From NCBI GenBank assembly GCA_964187785.1, contig OZ076409.1, positions 3,598,001-3,662,000 on the forward strand: a stretch of 64,000 bases of DNA, written 5' to 3'. The position numbers and the translations under genes are program-made. A model generated the notes under the pieces. That model did no database searches and was not told the origin of the DNA. It was given only the letters and a program-made list of their open reading frames with translations. The DNA is from Amphiscolops sp. MND2022 (lineage: Eukaryota). The stretch's first letter is position 1. Each line of letters begins with the position of its first letter. Positions 10,301-20,416 of this stretch are shown one piece after another.

Positions 10301-12774
10301 CTGATACCAGAATAATTGCCTTGGGCTTTCATTAGCTGAAAGGTGTGACTAGAGTAATTGGCCTTCACATTTTGCAGCAAATTCAGGTTAGGCACTGCAA
10401 GGGCTAAACGATCAGGATGCGGGACACTTAGCCGATGCAATATGGGATGGCGTGGCGGATGTACGAATTGTAATGGTGACCCATTGTGATGATCACGGCA
10501 CGTACCAACAACTAATCCTCTCGTAGGATGTAAAAACACGAACCCTGAAACGATGAAAGCATCTAAAATTAGAAAAGGCTCTACCCAATCTTTGCGTCTA
10601 CCACGAAAATAGCGTAGGTGATCTGCTTTGAAAGAAACGAATTGCGGCAACACTTCATTCAGGAGATGTTGAAACGATATATGTCCTGTTTGTTCAACAA
10701 ATGTGAAACAACCAAATGGACAACGACAATTTGGATAGGGCTCGTTATCAAGCGCTTTTTCCAAGTCATCAGCGAGTCCAGATGACGTGTGTGATGAGAA
10801 TAAATGCTTTCTGTAAGTAATATCTGACAGTACTGGTTTAACAGATGAGAAACTTACAGCAGAGTGGAAAACAGAAACAGCGGACCAACTGTATCTAACC
10901 TCAGCAGGAATGTACGACAAAATAACTTTCACATCGTTCCCATCCAACGACTTGTTAGTGAGAATTGTTAACAAAACACAAGGCCAAGCGACACTCCATG
11001 TTGAACTCTTGGTTAAATATTCGTAGCAACATTGACACACGAAAGCATCCTCGCGCAATCGACTTCCAAACTTACGCCTGATTATATCTCCCACTTTAAC
11101 AAAATGCCATGTCAAGGGATAGAAGACTGTGGAAACACGAAAACATTTGCCGCAGGACCTCTGTGAAGAATCGTGTTGTTCCTTCCGAGAAGAAATATCT
11201 TCGTGAGCTGGCAAAGGATGTGGTGCAGGTGTTTTATGAGTTGGAACACAATGATCTCCGTTCATTCTATCATTGTGTGCTTCAGAATGTGGAACCGGCG
11301 TAACTTTAATTGTATGTTTCGCAGAACCAGATGAGAACATGTTGACATTACTGATGGTCTTGTTTTTGGTTATTCTTGAATCGACATCATTGGTTAAAAA
11401 TTGAAATGCTGATTGAGGAAAAGTTGTACAGCCATCCAAAACTGAAGACTTTGACCTTGGTTTCAAAATATTGGAATAAGTGGATGCAAGTTCGTTCGAC
11501 TTCGATGTTGTTGAATAATCGGAGTTAGTGCAGACATTGTTATGCCGATTTGAGTTAGGGGTGACAGATGTTGTTGAGTTAGCACAGAAACCTGCCACAG
11601 TTTCGAAATGATTCAAACTGGGTGTGAGGTACAAAAATATAGGCAACACAGCATGGTCATCACGGTCTCCATCGCAAGAATAACAAAGCCAAACTCGTGT
11701 TACAGAATGAAATACATACACATCGACGTGGAAAAGTTGTGCAAAACTGTATATCTCAACGCAGGTTCCATAAGTACCATCAGTATGCATTCTAGATATC
11801 CGCAGGTACTCAGAAGTCGTCGAACAATTACGGGTGACCACCCGGTCACCTTCGGCGATCCAAACATCCAAAAACTGGGAATTGATGTTCATTGTAGAAA
11901 TGAAGCCACAAAGCATGGTACGGAGATGATGATGCTGAGAAGGATTTGCGCCAATGGCAAGTAACAAAGCAGAAAATAAACAGTTGCCGTCACCGGGAAC
12001 AATGTGTGTAGTTGGCACAAACTGTCCGATGGGTGAACTACAGACAGGACTCGTGTCACATGGAGTACGTATAAACTGGAATCCGAACTGAAAACATCTT
12101 TGACGCAATTGTTGCACTGTAAACTGCTGAACTGTAATATGTTGACACGGCCGATAAAGAGCGGGAACATCGACAGTGGAATTGACAGAAGGAGCATGAG
12201 AAATGTAAGTTTCCGAAACAGCGACATCTGTTTGCAGCGAAACACTATCAACGGTATTGAACTGATCATTAGAACACGTTAATTCCGTTCCGAAATTATA
12301 ATTTTGGTTCTTGGGTAATGGTTCCTTGTCGGCTAGACGGTTATTCGTTGTCAAATAAGCGGTCGCAGAAGAAGATTGAATTAAATCACAGGTGTCTAGA
12401 AAGAAATCCGTATGGGAATTGTCGTCATCAGATAGTTTTACTTTTTTGGCTTCAGCGCATGTTGAAGCTTGACATTGACACACAACCGAGCCAGAGAATT
12501 TTCCGCAAGAACACCGTTCAATCCAGCGCCGTTTTTTAGGTGGACCTGGGTTACTCTCAATGCCACTTCTGAGAAGAAAGATAACAATTGTCTTTCTTGT
12601 TTGACAGTTGCTCTTGAAATATTCAACTCGGTTAGATGGTTGGCAAGTTGTAAGAAAATGGTTCTTCGATGAACCTTCCATCAAAGTGAAACGAGACCAC
12701 GTGTCTTTTTGCTGAAAGCATAATTCACATGACGCTAAGGTTGAGGAAGAACAGCAATGAAATAATGAAAGCAT
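4339..12774 (-). CDS. Helitron-like RepHel protein, 2811 aa: 2A-like, OTU, Cys-rich region, HUH Rep, PIF1-family helicase, GIY-YIG
   Basis: 2A-like LLRSGIESNPGP. OTU PGDGNCLFSAL...YGTCVEI...NHF. Rep FFTYTC, YEFQ..FPHIHALIW, YLAKY. Helicase GPPGTGKS, EEVSMV, GDFRQLPP, STVHKIMG, QLYVVLSRV. GIY-YIG FCYLL..FYIGSCKNLRKRLSQHN. Confidence 0.93.
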   Translation of the reverse strand: MLSLFHCCSSSTLASCELCFQQKDTWSRFTLMEGSSKNHFLTTCQPSNRVEYFKSNCQTRKTIVIFLLRSGIESNPGPPKKRRWIERCSCGKFSGSVVCQCQASTCAEAKKVKLSDDDNSHTDFFLDTCDLIQSSSATAYLTTNNRLADKEPLPKNQNYNFGTELTCSNDQFNTVDSVSLQTDVAVSETYISHAPSVNSTVDVPALYRPCQHITVQQFTVQQLRQRCFQFGFQFIRTPCDTSPVCSSPIGQFVPTTHIVPGDGNCLFSALLLAIGANPSQHHHLRTMLCGFISTMNINSQFLDVWIAEGDRVVTRNCSTTSEYLRISRMHTDGTYGTCVEIYSFAQLFHVDVYVFHSVTRVWLCYSCDGDRDDHAVLPIFLYLTPSLNHFETVAGFCANSTTSVTPNSNRHNNVCTNSDYSTTSKSNELASTYSNILKPRSKSSVLDGCTTFPQSAFQFLTNDVDSRITKNKTISNVNMFSSGSAKHTIKVTPVPHSEAHNDRMNGDHCVPTHKTPAPHPLPAHEDISSRKEQHDSSQRSCGKCFRVSTVFYPLTWHFVKVGDIIRRKFGSRLREDAFVCQCCYEYLTKSSTWSVAWPCVLLTILTNKSLDGNDVKVILSYIPAEVRYSWSAVSVFHSAVSFSSVKPVLSDITYRKHLFSSHTSSGLADDLEKALDNEPYPNCRCPFGCFTFVEQTGHISFQHLLNEVLPQFVSFKADHLRYFRGRRKDWVEPFLILDAFIVSGFVFLHPTRGLVVGTCRDHHNGSPLQFVHPPRHPILHRLSVPHPDRLALAVPNLNLLQNVKANYSSHTFQLMKAQGNYSGISSIQLTSKRKWDITSDLLVQSEAQCAYHRQDIRYLLHQLVDSGELQQSIAEAILAKPGCDVVETENSLESSTCVSLLDTRKTLSIFSTLKKDAFLEKFKNITFAHPANHHGANPPRLVSFKNLKLFLIQSLFVISPHLCALISSVDKPDETLLHILGMLDTLIFPKLRNCPYPQFHLPQHLHDLSDSIHNDVGLYVSDCSPHIEFSVVTNRPDVASRFKRSLAGIDIVIFSYNGSNSLRSKHSLPLSVVADNSRFELRNVFSGSPGQNNRALVRHGEPFDKFWLYDQTSGCPKRVTMSPDIAVDHLTNGYWRMAVYYRICEVSATDLKKDFMMSMAGQGRFLCEVHHIPLTRDFQKSGFRCRCGRASFIRCPVATCSASVCKQHTSQSLEVNIVQPTHSTVKDSAQEAKDNASVVHNASNNSTSCCLPDSQFSSSFDDAPSTSSSTNLVTNAMFTVESSAASSISIPTHTRIGVSPNVASEHVHMDVHFKLPLHVLLNGQCGLLKRSHGSPLYVAARFKRMLENVTATSSPMSVPLYQPEAMMFPSIFWKQNADGSYPGSLPSSLFNNPQSNKYMGYATLENHLKTRLMDSSLLTSSDPRYIQFAFDTLFNLQLREHDSRVILNRGWGAAAKDYQQSQKVCDSSISFDQSDSRKHVNELSAALREQPATYFFTYTCSQSTHPGLRKIFAAIDAKYPPATSSKETRLSAIQAEMITMLRAWQRSSALVMKYIETSPEKPLGHVLKLWFRYEFQDQTSAFPHIHALIWTGEDVFSNNVRSRVCCSPSTFLGSLIASVGNNKLSATQTNHLVDLFHKFQTHSCKKAKFRCHKKTAKLSESVCRVPKYPPANDFSYKPIEKNLSPETVVLLQKLGLAHFDPDSCKTVLDPVLCGGKHHYPTDRNSHYSPTNARIFALVQSSTNLQICDTYMSARYLAKYAAGVEERSHVSIRSTSQQNNFTFDIDPMSNQKIAGVQLSSPAFAPKRKRNTFAARVISLTESAWWSLRFPYVVSNISFVHVVTAPKEKRSGVILEKRRVSRHNQAPLYARQNAIRRNLSLPSHRQFTNNQTFLIIDTQKSCLTPDKVTIFGVRPPELRFVRNIEQYFTWFLRFKRTEKQATETCLKAAADDSLWIDGLGYIVVLNSFYFDSFISFCNNYTSTDNSFLLNCVEALACLRSPNRNNFISPKKFATCRQVVFSNVLPRDSSNFVIHILLTLGSYTTELDLFSNSSIINAFHIAGLCQSTSGCDNLEVLQITRRFLLEQLIFYPGSSSLLDRFLCVAHSSLSGATQHNSLFYTCAVPRVLEESVVDQRCKDVDEELQLMKKSIVTAVLNQGIHGLPTSSDLLNATLQTPFPWVPVIIAGQNQNLDSLVHQQSVLDTLCNSMELYRTSATCFIKHQFILGPPGTGKSHVMIHCVVYGITKGFSCIITSLAAERSSILGGRHINALFPFPVSDNASVSHLVSHALSRLARDPVKFFVLKGLDIIFVEEVSMVSAEIWAAMDCVMQQVAGSSIPFGGKLVISTGDFRQLPPPGGMLLLMSNTVLATFEVHLLKEYVRMQNLYGKILLNLLSEYPISLEKCNQIVQIVNTYCNFLPKWSDVSLHVLRVFATRTAEKEAIEQRIDLVRRDPTIQCAVFDCYDEMSNSGTQNWMRANEAVTRFLSNNCPQPRSLFIHVACVLRLTCNLPTFKLFQGQLCVVDAFDESSQTITVRIAPVGFRSLSFTNHDIQRWRSVVLRRQVGVVHRVNSGLVCRRIQLPVKMYVASTVHKIMGDTVPSLATQIVGGKKFALWAKEQLYVVLSRVTDLSNVTFVGNRNETLHAIKELSQKENHLLWYIEALLDIYSHGSGRIAKCQQFHPFPLKHFDVPTASIGFCYLLISVPHRDLFYIGSCKNLRKRLSQHNAGTGGHFTRPIERRPWALAAYVYGFTDLSLKTHAQFEADWQRSMQARHLTSTVVSAVDYLSECHVLMDLYKVNGVEAGLNCDSLISQL

Positions 12775-13963
12775 CTGTGAAAAATAACGTCATTATCTGA
12801 AAAAAAACGAACTTGTAATAACATAAGAGCACAGTAAAGAACAGCGAACCATAGTCGTAAGGTAAATTAAAATAACAACAAGGTGTTAATGGAAACATTT
12901 GTACGAGTGGATGTAAAAATTGTTTTAAACGGAGTGAAAGGAAAACACGTATTGCTTGATGCATGACTAATAAAAGTTTAAAAACCCATAGTTAATGTCA
13001 TGAACACGGAAAAACTTAAAACAAGGGTCATTGAAAGGGTTGATGAACAACCACTGCAAATGAGACAACGGTGTAGCATAACGTAAATCAAATCGAAGGC
13101 ACTGAACGTACGCGTTAGATGAAAATGAACATTACAGTCAAACACCTCCCTCGAAGCACTGGTTCCTATCGAAGTAGAAAATTGAAATTGTCTTACGTAA
13201 GTATTTGTTTCAACACATAAAACTTGTGAAATAGTTACAAAACAGGGTATAATAAACAAATGGTGGCGGTCTATATCGAACATTACCACATTTTGACACC
13301 GGTGAAACCCCAAATAACGTAATTTTTCATTTCCTGATATAGAAATATTTCAATGTAGCTGAAAAACAGATTTGGGAAAAATTCGCAATTTTTAGAATTT
13401 TGGTAGAACTTTTGTAGAACTTTTTATTTTTTATTTTTTATCCTGAACACGCGATGTTGAAAACACATCGACTGTACTGCTACCGCTCAAGTAAACATCA
13501 TCTCATCCAAAGATCGGAAGTTATGACGCGATGACCGGAGAATTCACATTTTTCCACTGATTAATCTACTTCTATCTCTCAGCCTAGTATTACCAGCCTA
13601 ATGATTTTTGGCATGCGAACAACTGACATCATTTATGCCTCGCATACAAAGTATCAGCCAATTGTATCCACATGCTGCAGATTTCGCAGCGAAAAAGTAC
13701 CGAAACAGGGTGAAAAAACCGATCATTTGCTCATAACTTCCCGCCAAGTAATAGGATCGTGTTTGGTCAGCAGAACATCAGTCATACATCGGCAAGATAA
13801 GTGCACATGCAAAGTTTCATCAAAATCCTACGGTTCAATTCGAAAATCGCTGTTTTTTACCGACTGACCGAGAGGTATATAGTTCGACATGCGAAAGTTG
13901 AGCTCGGCATCGGGACCCTCCCCGGCCTCGCACTAAATAATGTGGGGAGGTTCCCCTGACCAC

Positions 13964-14998
13964 CCAGTGGAGGCAAAGGTACAATCACGAGAAAGGCCGT
14001 AATGACATTCTAGAGGTAAGCAATGAGGCAAAAGTCACAGGATAACAACCATCAATTGTTTGCTTTGTACAAAAGTTGCTCAAAAGTGTTCTTTCATCAG
14101 CAATAATTCATCCTATACCGCACGCACGAACCACCACAGGTGATGTTCAGGCCATGGTTGTTTGTTATCACCGTTCTTCCTCCGAACTGCTTCGCGGTCC
14201 TCCGGAGAACGGTGATGTTGTTATTTACAAGGCAACAAAAATATACTGACAAATTCAGTTCCTACAAGTGAAAGAACAGTTCAGTTATGTCTGATTTACT
14301 TTTTCTGACCTCTGAAACCTCTTTAATTGTCACCCTAAGCGCAGAGTCACTTCTTTTTTGCGTTCAAAATGTGAAAAAGCATCGAAAAATGAGAAAATCT
14401 TTTTTTTTTGAAAAATTCGCATTTTTTAGAATTTTGGTAGAACTTTTGTAGAACTTTTATATTTTTTATTTTTTATCCTGGCCAGGTGATGTTGAAAACA
14501 CATCGACTGCACTGCTACCGCTCAAGTAAACACCATCTCATCCAAAGATCGGAAGTTATGACGCGATGACCGGAAAATTCACATTTTTCCGCTTCTTTTT
14601 CCACTCTTATCTCTCAGCCTAGTATCACCAGCCTAATCATTTTTGGCATGCAAACACCTAACATCATTTATGCCTCGCATGCAAAGTATCAACCAATTGT
14701 ATCCACATGCTGCAGATATCGCAGCGAAAAAATACCGAAAATGGGTGAAAAACCCGATCATTTGCTCATAACTTCCCGCCAAGTAATAGGATCATGTTTG
14801 ACCAGCAGAACATCAGTCATACATCGGCAAAATATTAACACATGCAAAGTTTCATGAAGTTCTAACGGTTCAATTCCGAAATCGCCGTTTTTTGACAGGT
14901 GATCTAGTGGTATATAGTTTGACACGCAATACTTGAGCTCGGCGACGGGACCCTCCCCGGCCTCGCACTAAAATATGTGGGGAAATACCCCTGACCAC
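13964..14998 (-). mobile_element. Non-autonomous unit A (1035 bp, type 1)
   Basis: Bounded by GACCAC|CCAG junctions; carries the shared conserved block; stem-loop at 14167-14216. Confidence 0.85.
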
Positions 14999-16045
14999 CC
15001 AGTGGAGGCAAAGCTACCAATTACCAGGGGGCCGAACGGTACTGCCTGTTCTCAATTCATGTATAACTTGTTCCACTTTGGGGTCACTGATGTGAATTTT
15101 TGCCGATGCACATCGCAACGACGTACATAATCATGTCGAACAAAACTAAACAGTGACTGCCTTCGGTCGTAACAAGTATCTACAGCCTTTCTTCCGGGTC
15201 ACCGTTGTTCCTGCGTGCTGCTGTGCATCCCTCGGAACACCGGTGACAAATAAAATTACGTTTTAAAATCGTGCTACTTATGCATTTGCCTCAACCCTGA
15301 GTATTTTTCAAATACTTACTGAAACTGGTATATCAAGCTGGTGAAAGCGGTCAATATTAAAAATAAACCCATTTTGGCGCCGTTGACACGATAAATAATG
15401 TGATTTTTGAATTCCTGGTATAAAAATACAATGGAATCCGAAAAAATTTTTTTTTTGAAAAAATTCGCAATTTTTAGAATTTTTGTAGAACTTTTGTAGA
15501 ACTTTTTTATTTTTTATTTTTTATCCTGACCACGCGATGTTGAAAACACATCGACTGTACTGCTACCGCTAAAGAAAACATCATCTGTATAAAAGTTCGG
15601 AAGTTATGACGCGATGACCGGAGAATTCACAATTTTCCACTACTTTTTCTACTTCTATCTCCCAGCCTAGTGTCACCAGCCTAATGATTTTTGGCATGCA
15701 AACACCTGACAACATTTATGCCTCGCATGCAAAGTATCAGCCAATTGTATCCACATGCTGCAGATATCGCAGCGAAAAAGTACCGAAACAGGGTGAAAAA
15801 ACCGATCATTTGCTCATAACTTCCCGCCAAGTAATAGGGTCATGTTTGACCAGCAGAACATCATTTGTACATCGGCAAGATAAGTACACATGCAAAGTTT
15901 AAAGAAGTTTTATCGGTTCAATTCGAAAATCGCCGTTTTTTGACTGGTGTGCTAGATGATATAGTTCGACACGCGAAAATTAAGCTCGGCATCGGGACCC
16001 TCCCCGGCCTCGCCCTAAATAATGTGGGGAACTACCCCGGACCAC
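14999..16045 (-). mobile_element. Non-autonomous unit B (1047 bp, type 2)
   Basis: Same junctions. First 29 bp (ccagtggaggcaaagctaccaattaccag) are identical to those of element 2. Stem-loop at 15198-15247. Confidence 0.85.
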
Positions 16046-17215
16046 CCAGTGGAGGCAAAGCTACCAATTACCAGTGAGGCGTGAGAAGTTTCATTGTTAC
16101 GTCGTTGTTTTTCTTATGCGAAAGTGAAAACATAACGTATTAGACAATCAGGACTTTGTATGTCGTTATTATGAACATGGTTACAATTTTGAGGAAAAGC
16201 AGGTGTCACCCGTAACAATTCAATTCATTATAGGAAGCTTCAAAACTGAACAATTCAAGGTATTTGAATTTCATTCGTAAATGTTAAAACGTTTAGGGTT
16301 ACAACTAATGCAGTACGGAAAAGAGTTATGAGATCATTGATACAAAACAACGGAATAGTCAGCAAAGGACAAAACAACTGCGACATGTATAAAATGTAGA
16401 CCTCTCGAAATTCGGAGGTAAACTTTAGGTTGATATGACTGCTATATGTAATGCTATACACAGAGATCAGAAGAGTAAAAAGAGTGTACATTTTGTTAAC
16501 AGTTGTCGTTATTGGTGGTGGCCAGAAAAGGCCACGGGGATTACAGTTTCTAAACCAAATTGGTATAACAACACTACGCATAACACCAAATTTGAAATGA
16601 GCTGAACGAAAGTATCATGATTAAAACAATGTATAGGGATTATGAAGAGAACATGCTAAGTAAGTAATTGACTCATTATTGGGTAGGGTAAGTTGTAAAA
16701 TAATGTTAAAATTGAAACAGGTGTGAATAGTGGTAACTATGAAGAGTTTCTCATCGAATTGAACTTGTAGACACGTTAAAAAAGTCTATACACATAAACA
16801 AATAAAGCAAAACTGTTATTTCTAGATATTGCCAAAAGACATCGACGTGAATAACCTATGTCAAAATTTGCCGAATTGTATACCCGTATGTGTTTAAATA
16901 TGTAAAAATTAGGTAAAAAACATCTGTATTTAAAACAACGACCTGGGTTGACGAACAACCACAAGGTGGATGATGAAAATACCAAAATGTGTGAATTTTA
17001 AAACAACGACCTGGGTTGATGAACAACCACAAGTTGGATGTTGAAAATACCGAAATGTGTGAAAATAGAAAGCAAGGATTGGCGATGAACCGCATCATTG
17101 ACAGGCAATGTGGTACAAGGACAAGGGCAACAAACAGTGACTGTTGATTTATAGAAGGCAAAACATCAACAGTTCGGGAAAAGCGTTGATGTTAAACTTT
17201 GGGATCATTTGGGGA

Positions 17216-18229
17216 TCAATCGTGACCAGCTGGTCGGAGAGGAGGCGGAGGATTGTCATCGTGATTAATTTGGCCAACATCGTACTTCCGGTCGTCAGGA
17301 ATCATTACGGTTGCCCTAATTCTGCATATTTGGACACGACTAATAGTTTGAGCAATGTTTTCTTCAGATAGTCCGCTTTTATAGTAACCGGTCACAAGCC
17401 AACCACCATTGTCGTTGACATACTGCTGAATGTTACGTACACATTGCCTCAAACGATGAACAACGATATCTGTAGCCGGAAGAGCCAGTGTTCCAGTGGT
17501 ACAAAAGATTTTGTTTAACTGCAAACTCTGAAGGACTTCTCCAGATAGAGGATCTTCTTCCACATTGTCAATAGCTGTGGAAAAAATTCGGCAACTTATG
17601 GCCCAAGCGGATACAGCACTCTTTTGAATGCATGCGCAATTGCTACTTTTCACAATTCGTCTATCGCAGAAGACGCCACTGCAAGTAGGAGAAGCGATAT
17701 TTGTTTGAATGAATGACAATTGAGTGTTGTTCAGCTGGAACTTCGTGAGCGCAGTTGTTAACGGGTTTATAACAATAGGAGACGGACGAAGGTTGATACC
17801 ATTGTGGGCAGCAAGCTCTAAAGGTCTTCTAACCTCGAAAATTGGGTTACTGCGGTCGTTTCCTAGGCACAACCCACTGAAAATGGGCTCGTGTACATGC
17901 ACTAGAGCACCTACAGTCAAAAGAGGGTGTCTGAATATACTTGATGATTCTTGGGCGGTAGTAGTTATTACAGCAAAACATGCTGCCGATTGAAGTTCCC
18001 CAATTATAACCAATCTATCGTAGGACGAATCCATAGAAGTTTTTTTAACTCTCCCTACATTAGGACGAAAGGTCTGCAATGGCCTATCGTGACGCTTTGC
18101 AGTTAGAATTATACCCGACACATATGTGTCTTCACTTTCCCGGAGGAAGTTAGGATGGATGACATCAGTAACATTAACTTCGCGCAAGTTTGCCATGAAT
18201 CCTGAAATGAACGTAAACATCAACCACAA
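17216..18229 (-). CDS. Accessory protein of unknown function, possibly OB-fold ssDNA-binding with a Cys cluster (probable ATG at 18196)
   Basis: Uninterrupted 337-codon ORF inside the element. Beta-strand-like pattern (VSGIIL, RLVIIGE, LTVGALVHVHEP) and C-x4-C-x9-CxC. The OB-fold call is inference only. Confidence 0.65.
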   Translation of the reverse strand: MWLMFTFISGFMANLREVNVTDVIHPNFLRESEDTYVSGIILTAKRHDRPLQTFRPNVGRVKKTSMDSSYDRLVIIGELQSAACFAVITTTAQESSSIFRHPLLTVGALVHVHEPIFSGLCLGNDRSNPIFEVRRPLELAAHNGINLRPSPIVINPLTTALTKFQLNNTQLSFIQTNIASPTCSGVFCDRRIVKSSNCACIQKSAVSAWAISCRIFSTAIDNVEEDPLSGEVLQSLQLNKIFCTTGTLALPATDIVVHRLRQCVRNIQQYVNDNGGWLVTGYYKSGLSEENIAQTISRVQICRIRATVMIPDDRKYDVGQINHDDNPPPPLRPAGHD

Positions 18230-20416
18230 AATTAATTAAACGTCAACCGATGATGTAAAATATACAGCAGTGGTCAGTGGGGTAACAGTATATGAAACGC
18301 CACAAAGAGATCACATTTTACAAAACGTGCTGAAAGGATATCTTTTCACGTCGCTTAGGAAAACAACAGGTTAGCCATTAAAAATTATCGTAACGGATTT
18401 TAGAAAGTTTAAGGAGTCTTTAAATTTCAATTCAGGTGCCTTTCAAGTATGAAGACGATGCGCAAATTTTAATCATATAGGCCCGGGTAAAAAAAAGAAA
18501 TACCGGAAAGGCAATGTTGAAGTGCTAAATTTGTAGATGACGTTTCAAACGACTGGACTTTATTACAGTAATCAAATGCGATAGTGCATTGAAATGCAGA
18601 ACTAAAAAGCATTGATTGAATCCGTTTAAAACCTTGAACAAAAACTCATGAACTATCAGCAGTTTATCAGATGAAAATCAGTGACACTTGCAAAATTGGC
18701 AAACGGAAGTGTCAACTCTTTTTGGTTGTCAAAACTAATTGGACAATAGCGTAATAAGGATATTCAATGTATGTGTTTACAGTAACGCCGTAACAAGATC
18801 CATTAAACAACCTTTATCCGGTGGGTGAATGACTCTCAATGACGAAGTTTCTTTTATGCAAAATACAATGAAACAAAACAAGTTAATTGTTTTAACTGAA
18901 ATAAAACAAAATGTATCACAAGGGCGTAACATTATAACGCCCAATAATATGCACTTTAAAAGTCTGAATTACATTAGAACATTCGTGAACAAGTAATGAA
19001 ACCATCCACCAAACTCAATTGCATTTCTTCTACGAGGGAATTGCCCATGTAACAGATGAATATATAGTGCGGAACCAAAAACGCCAACGCAGCTAAGGGA
19101 ACCTTCAACAAATGGTAACAAGGTGCATATCAAAAAACTTGCTTGATTTGCACGCAAGCGTGCAAATCAAGCCGATCCTGTTGGTGATTTATGTATGAAG
19201 AGAAAGACAGTTTTGATTTCAAAAATGCCATTTTTTGGAGGTTGGAAAAGACGCAACAATAAAATGCTGTGAATTTCTGAATTCATAGTCAACATAGGTT
19301 GAAGGTATGTGGTTCCAAAGGAGAAGCGGAAGGAGGCATATTTTGGTTGCCGTAAAGTACTGAATTGTCAGACGTGAAATTGTTTGTAACTCAAAAAAAG
19401 TAAAAACAAAAAACTGCTCTCAATGTAAGTGTTCAAAAGGGTTGAAGAACAACCACTGGATAATGCTGATATAAGGCTGATACATGAGTGCAACATGTTC
19501 GTCAGTGAAAGACGTGTAACAATGATCAAAATCACAAACACAACATTTGTACAAAATTCTTTTACAAATCCGGAGTTGAAGCCAGTCCTAGATAATATAG
19601 TACAACGCGAATAATAACACTGAACGAAATTGTTGAAATCATTTGAAAATCATTGGAATGAGAATACATTGTAATTAGTTGTTTGAAACAGTCGTGAACT
19701 GTCTAAAATTAAAGAGACAACCAGATGAAGAATGATGACAAGGGTTGAAGAGTTCAGTGTTCAGATAATCAATGAGCAAATAAGGCAAATTTGTTACGAC
19801 TAGTTCAACTCAATCTTCAATCCCAAAATATTGCAAATTGAGCTACGAAATGCACTTGTGCTGTTGGTCACAAGACGCTGAAAAGTAACAAAAACAAAAC
19901 ATTCTGCGGAAAACCAATGTTTTCAAGCTAATTATGATTTCACGCCACACTTGCAGATGTAAATGGGGAAAACTGCAAAACGAAAGACTAGTAAATGAAA
20001 CTGTGTATTAATATCAGGTTTGAAACATGACCCATGTACGATTTGTGTACGGCTTGGAAGGAATTAAAAACGTCCGGTTTAAAGGTATTGAAAATAAGTT
20101 TCAAAAGTTGATACGGAAAGGTAAGTTGATGTTAGTAAAAAAATTCATTGGAAAAAAAATCGACACAAAATGAAGACCACATTTGAAAGAAACAATGAAA
20201 AGAAAATGTCATTTTAAAATGTATGACAACGTAACGAAACATTCTACGTTAAGAATCGTTATTTTCAATTAAACATCTGAAAAACTTGAAACGCTTGCCG
20301 TACCAACAAACAAATTATAAACTGCAAGCTGGCCAACAAATCGGTAATTCAGAGAAAAAAGTTCAAATTGCAATGATAACAAAATCATGAGCAGAATAAA
20401 TCTGTATTTCCGATAA

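Larger units (their letters stand above)
1..13963 (-). mobile_element. Autonomous-type Helitron-like element 1 (3' part runs off the window start)
   Basis: Contains the RepHel ORF 4339-12774. Its right end (13370-13963) is the conserved block shared by array members and stops at GACCAC|CCAG. Bases 1-200 are homologous to 20954-21160 of element 2. Confidence 0.85.

Noticed and set aside
13905..13980. HDV-like ribozyme or tRNA-derived SINE head in the GC-rich unit end
   Set aside because: I could not build the nested double pseudoknot, a cloverleaf or convincing A/B boxes. It is better explained as an element terminus.
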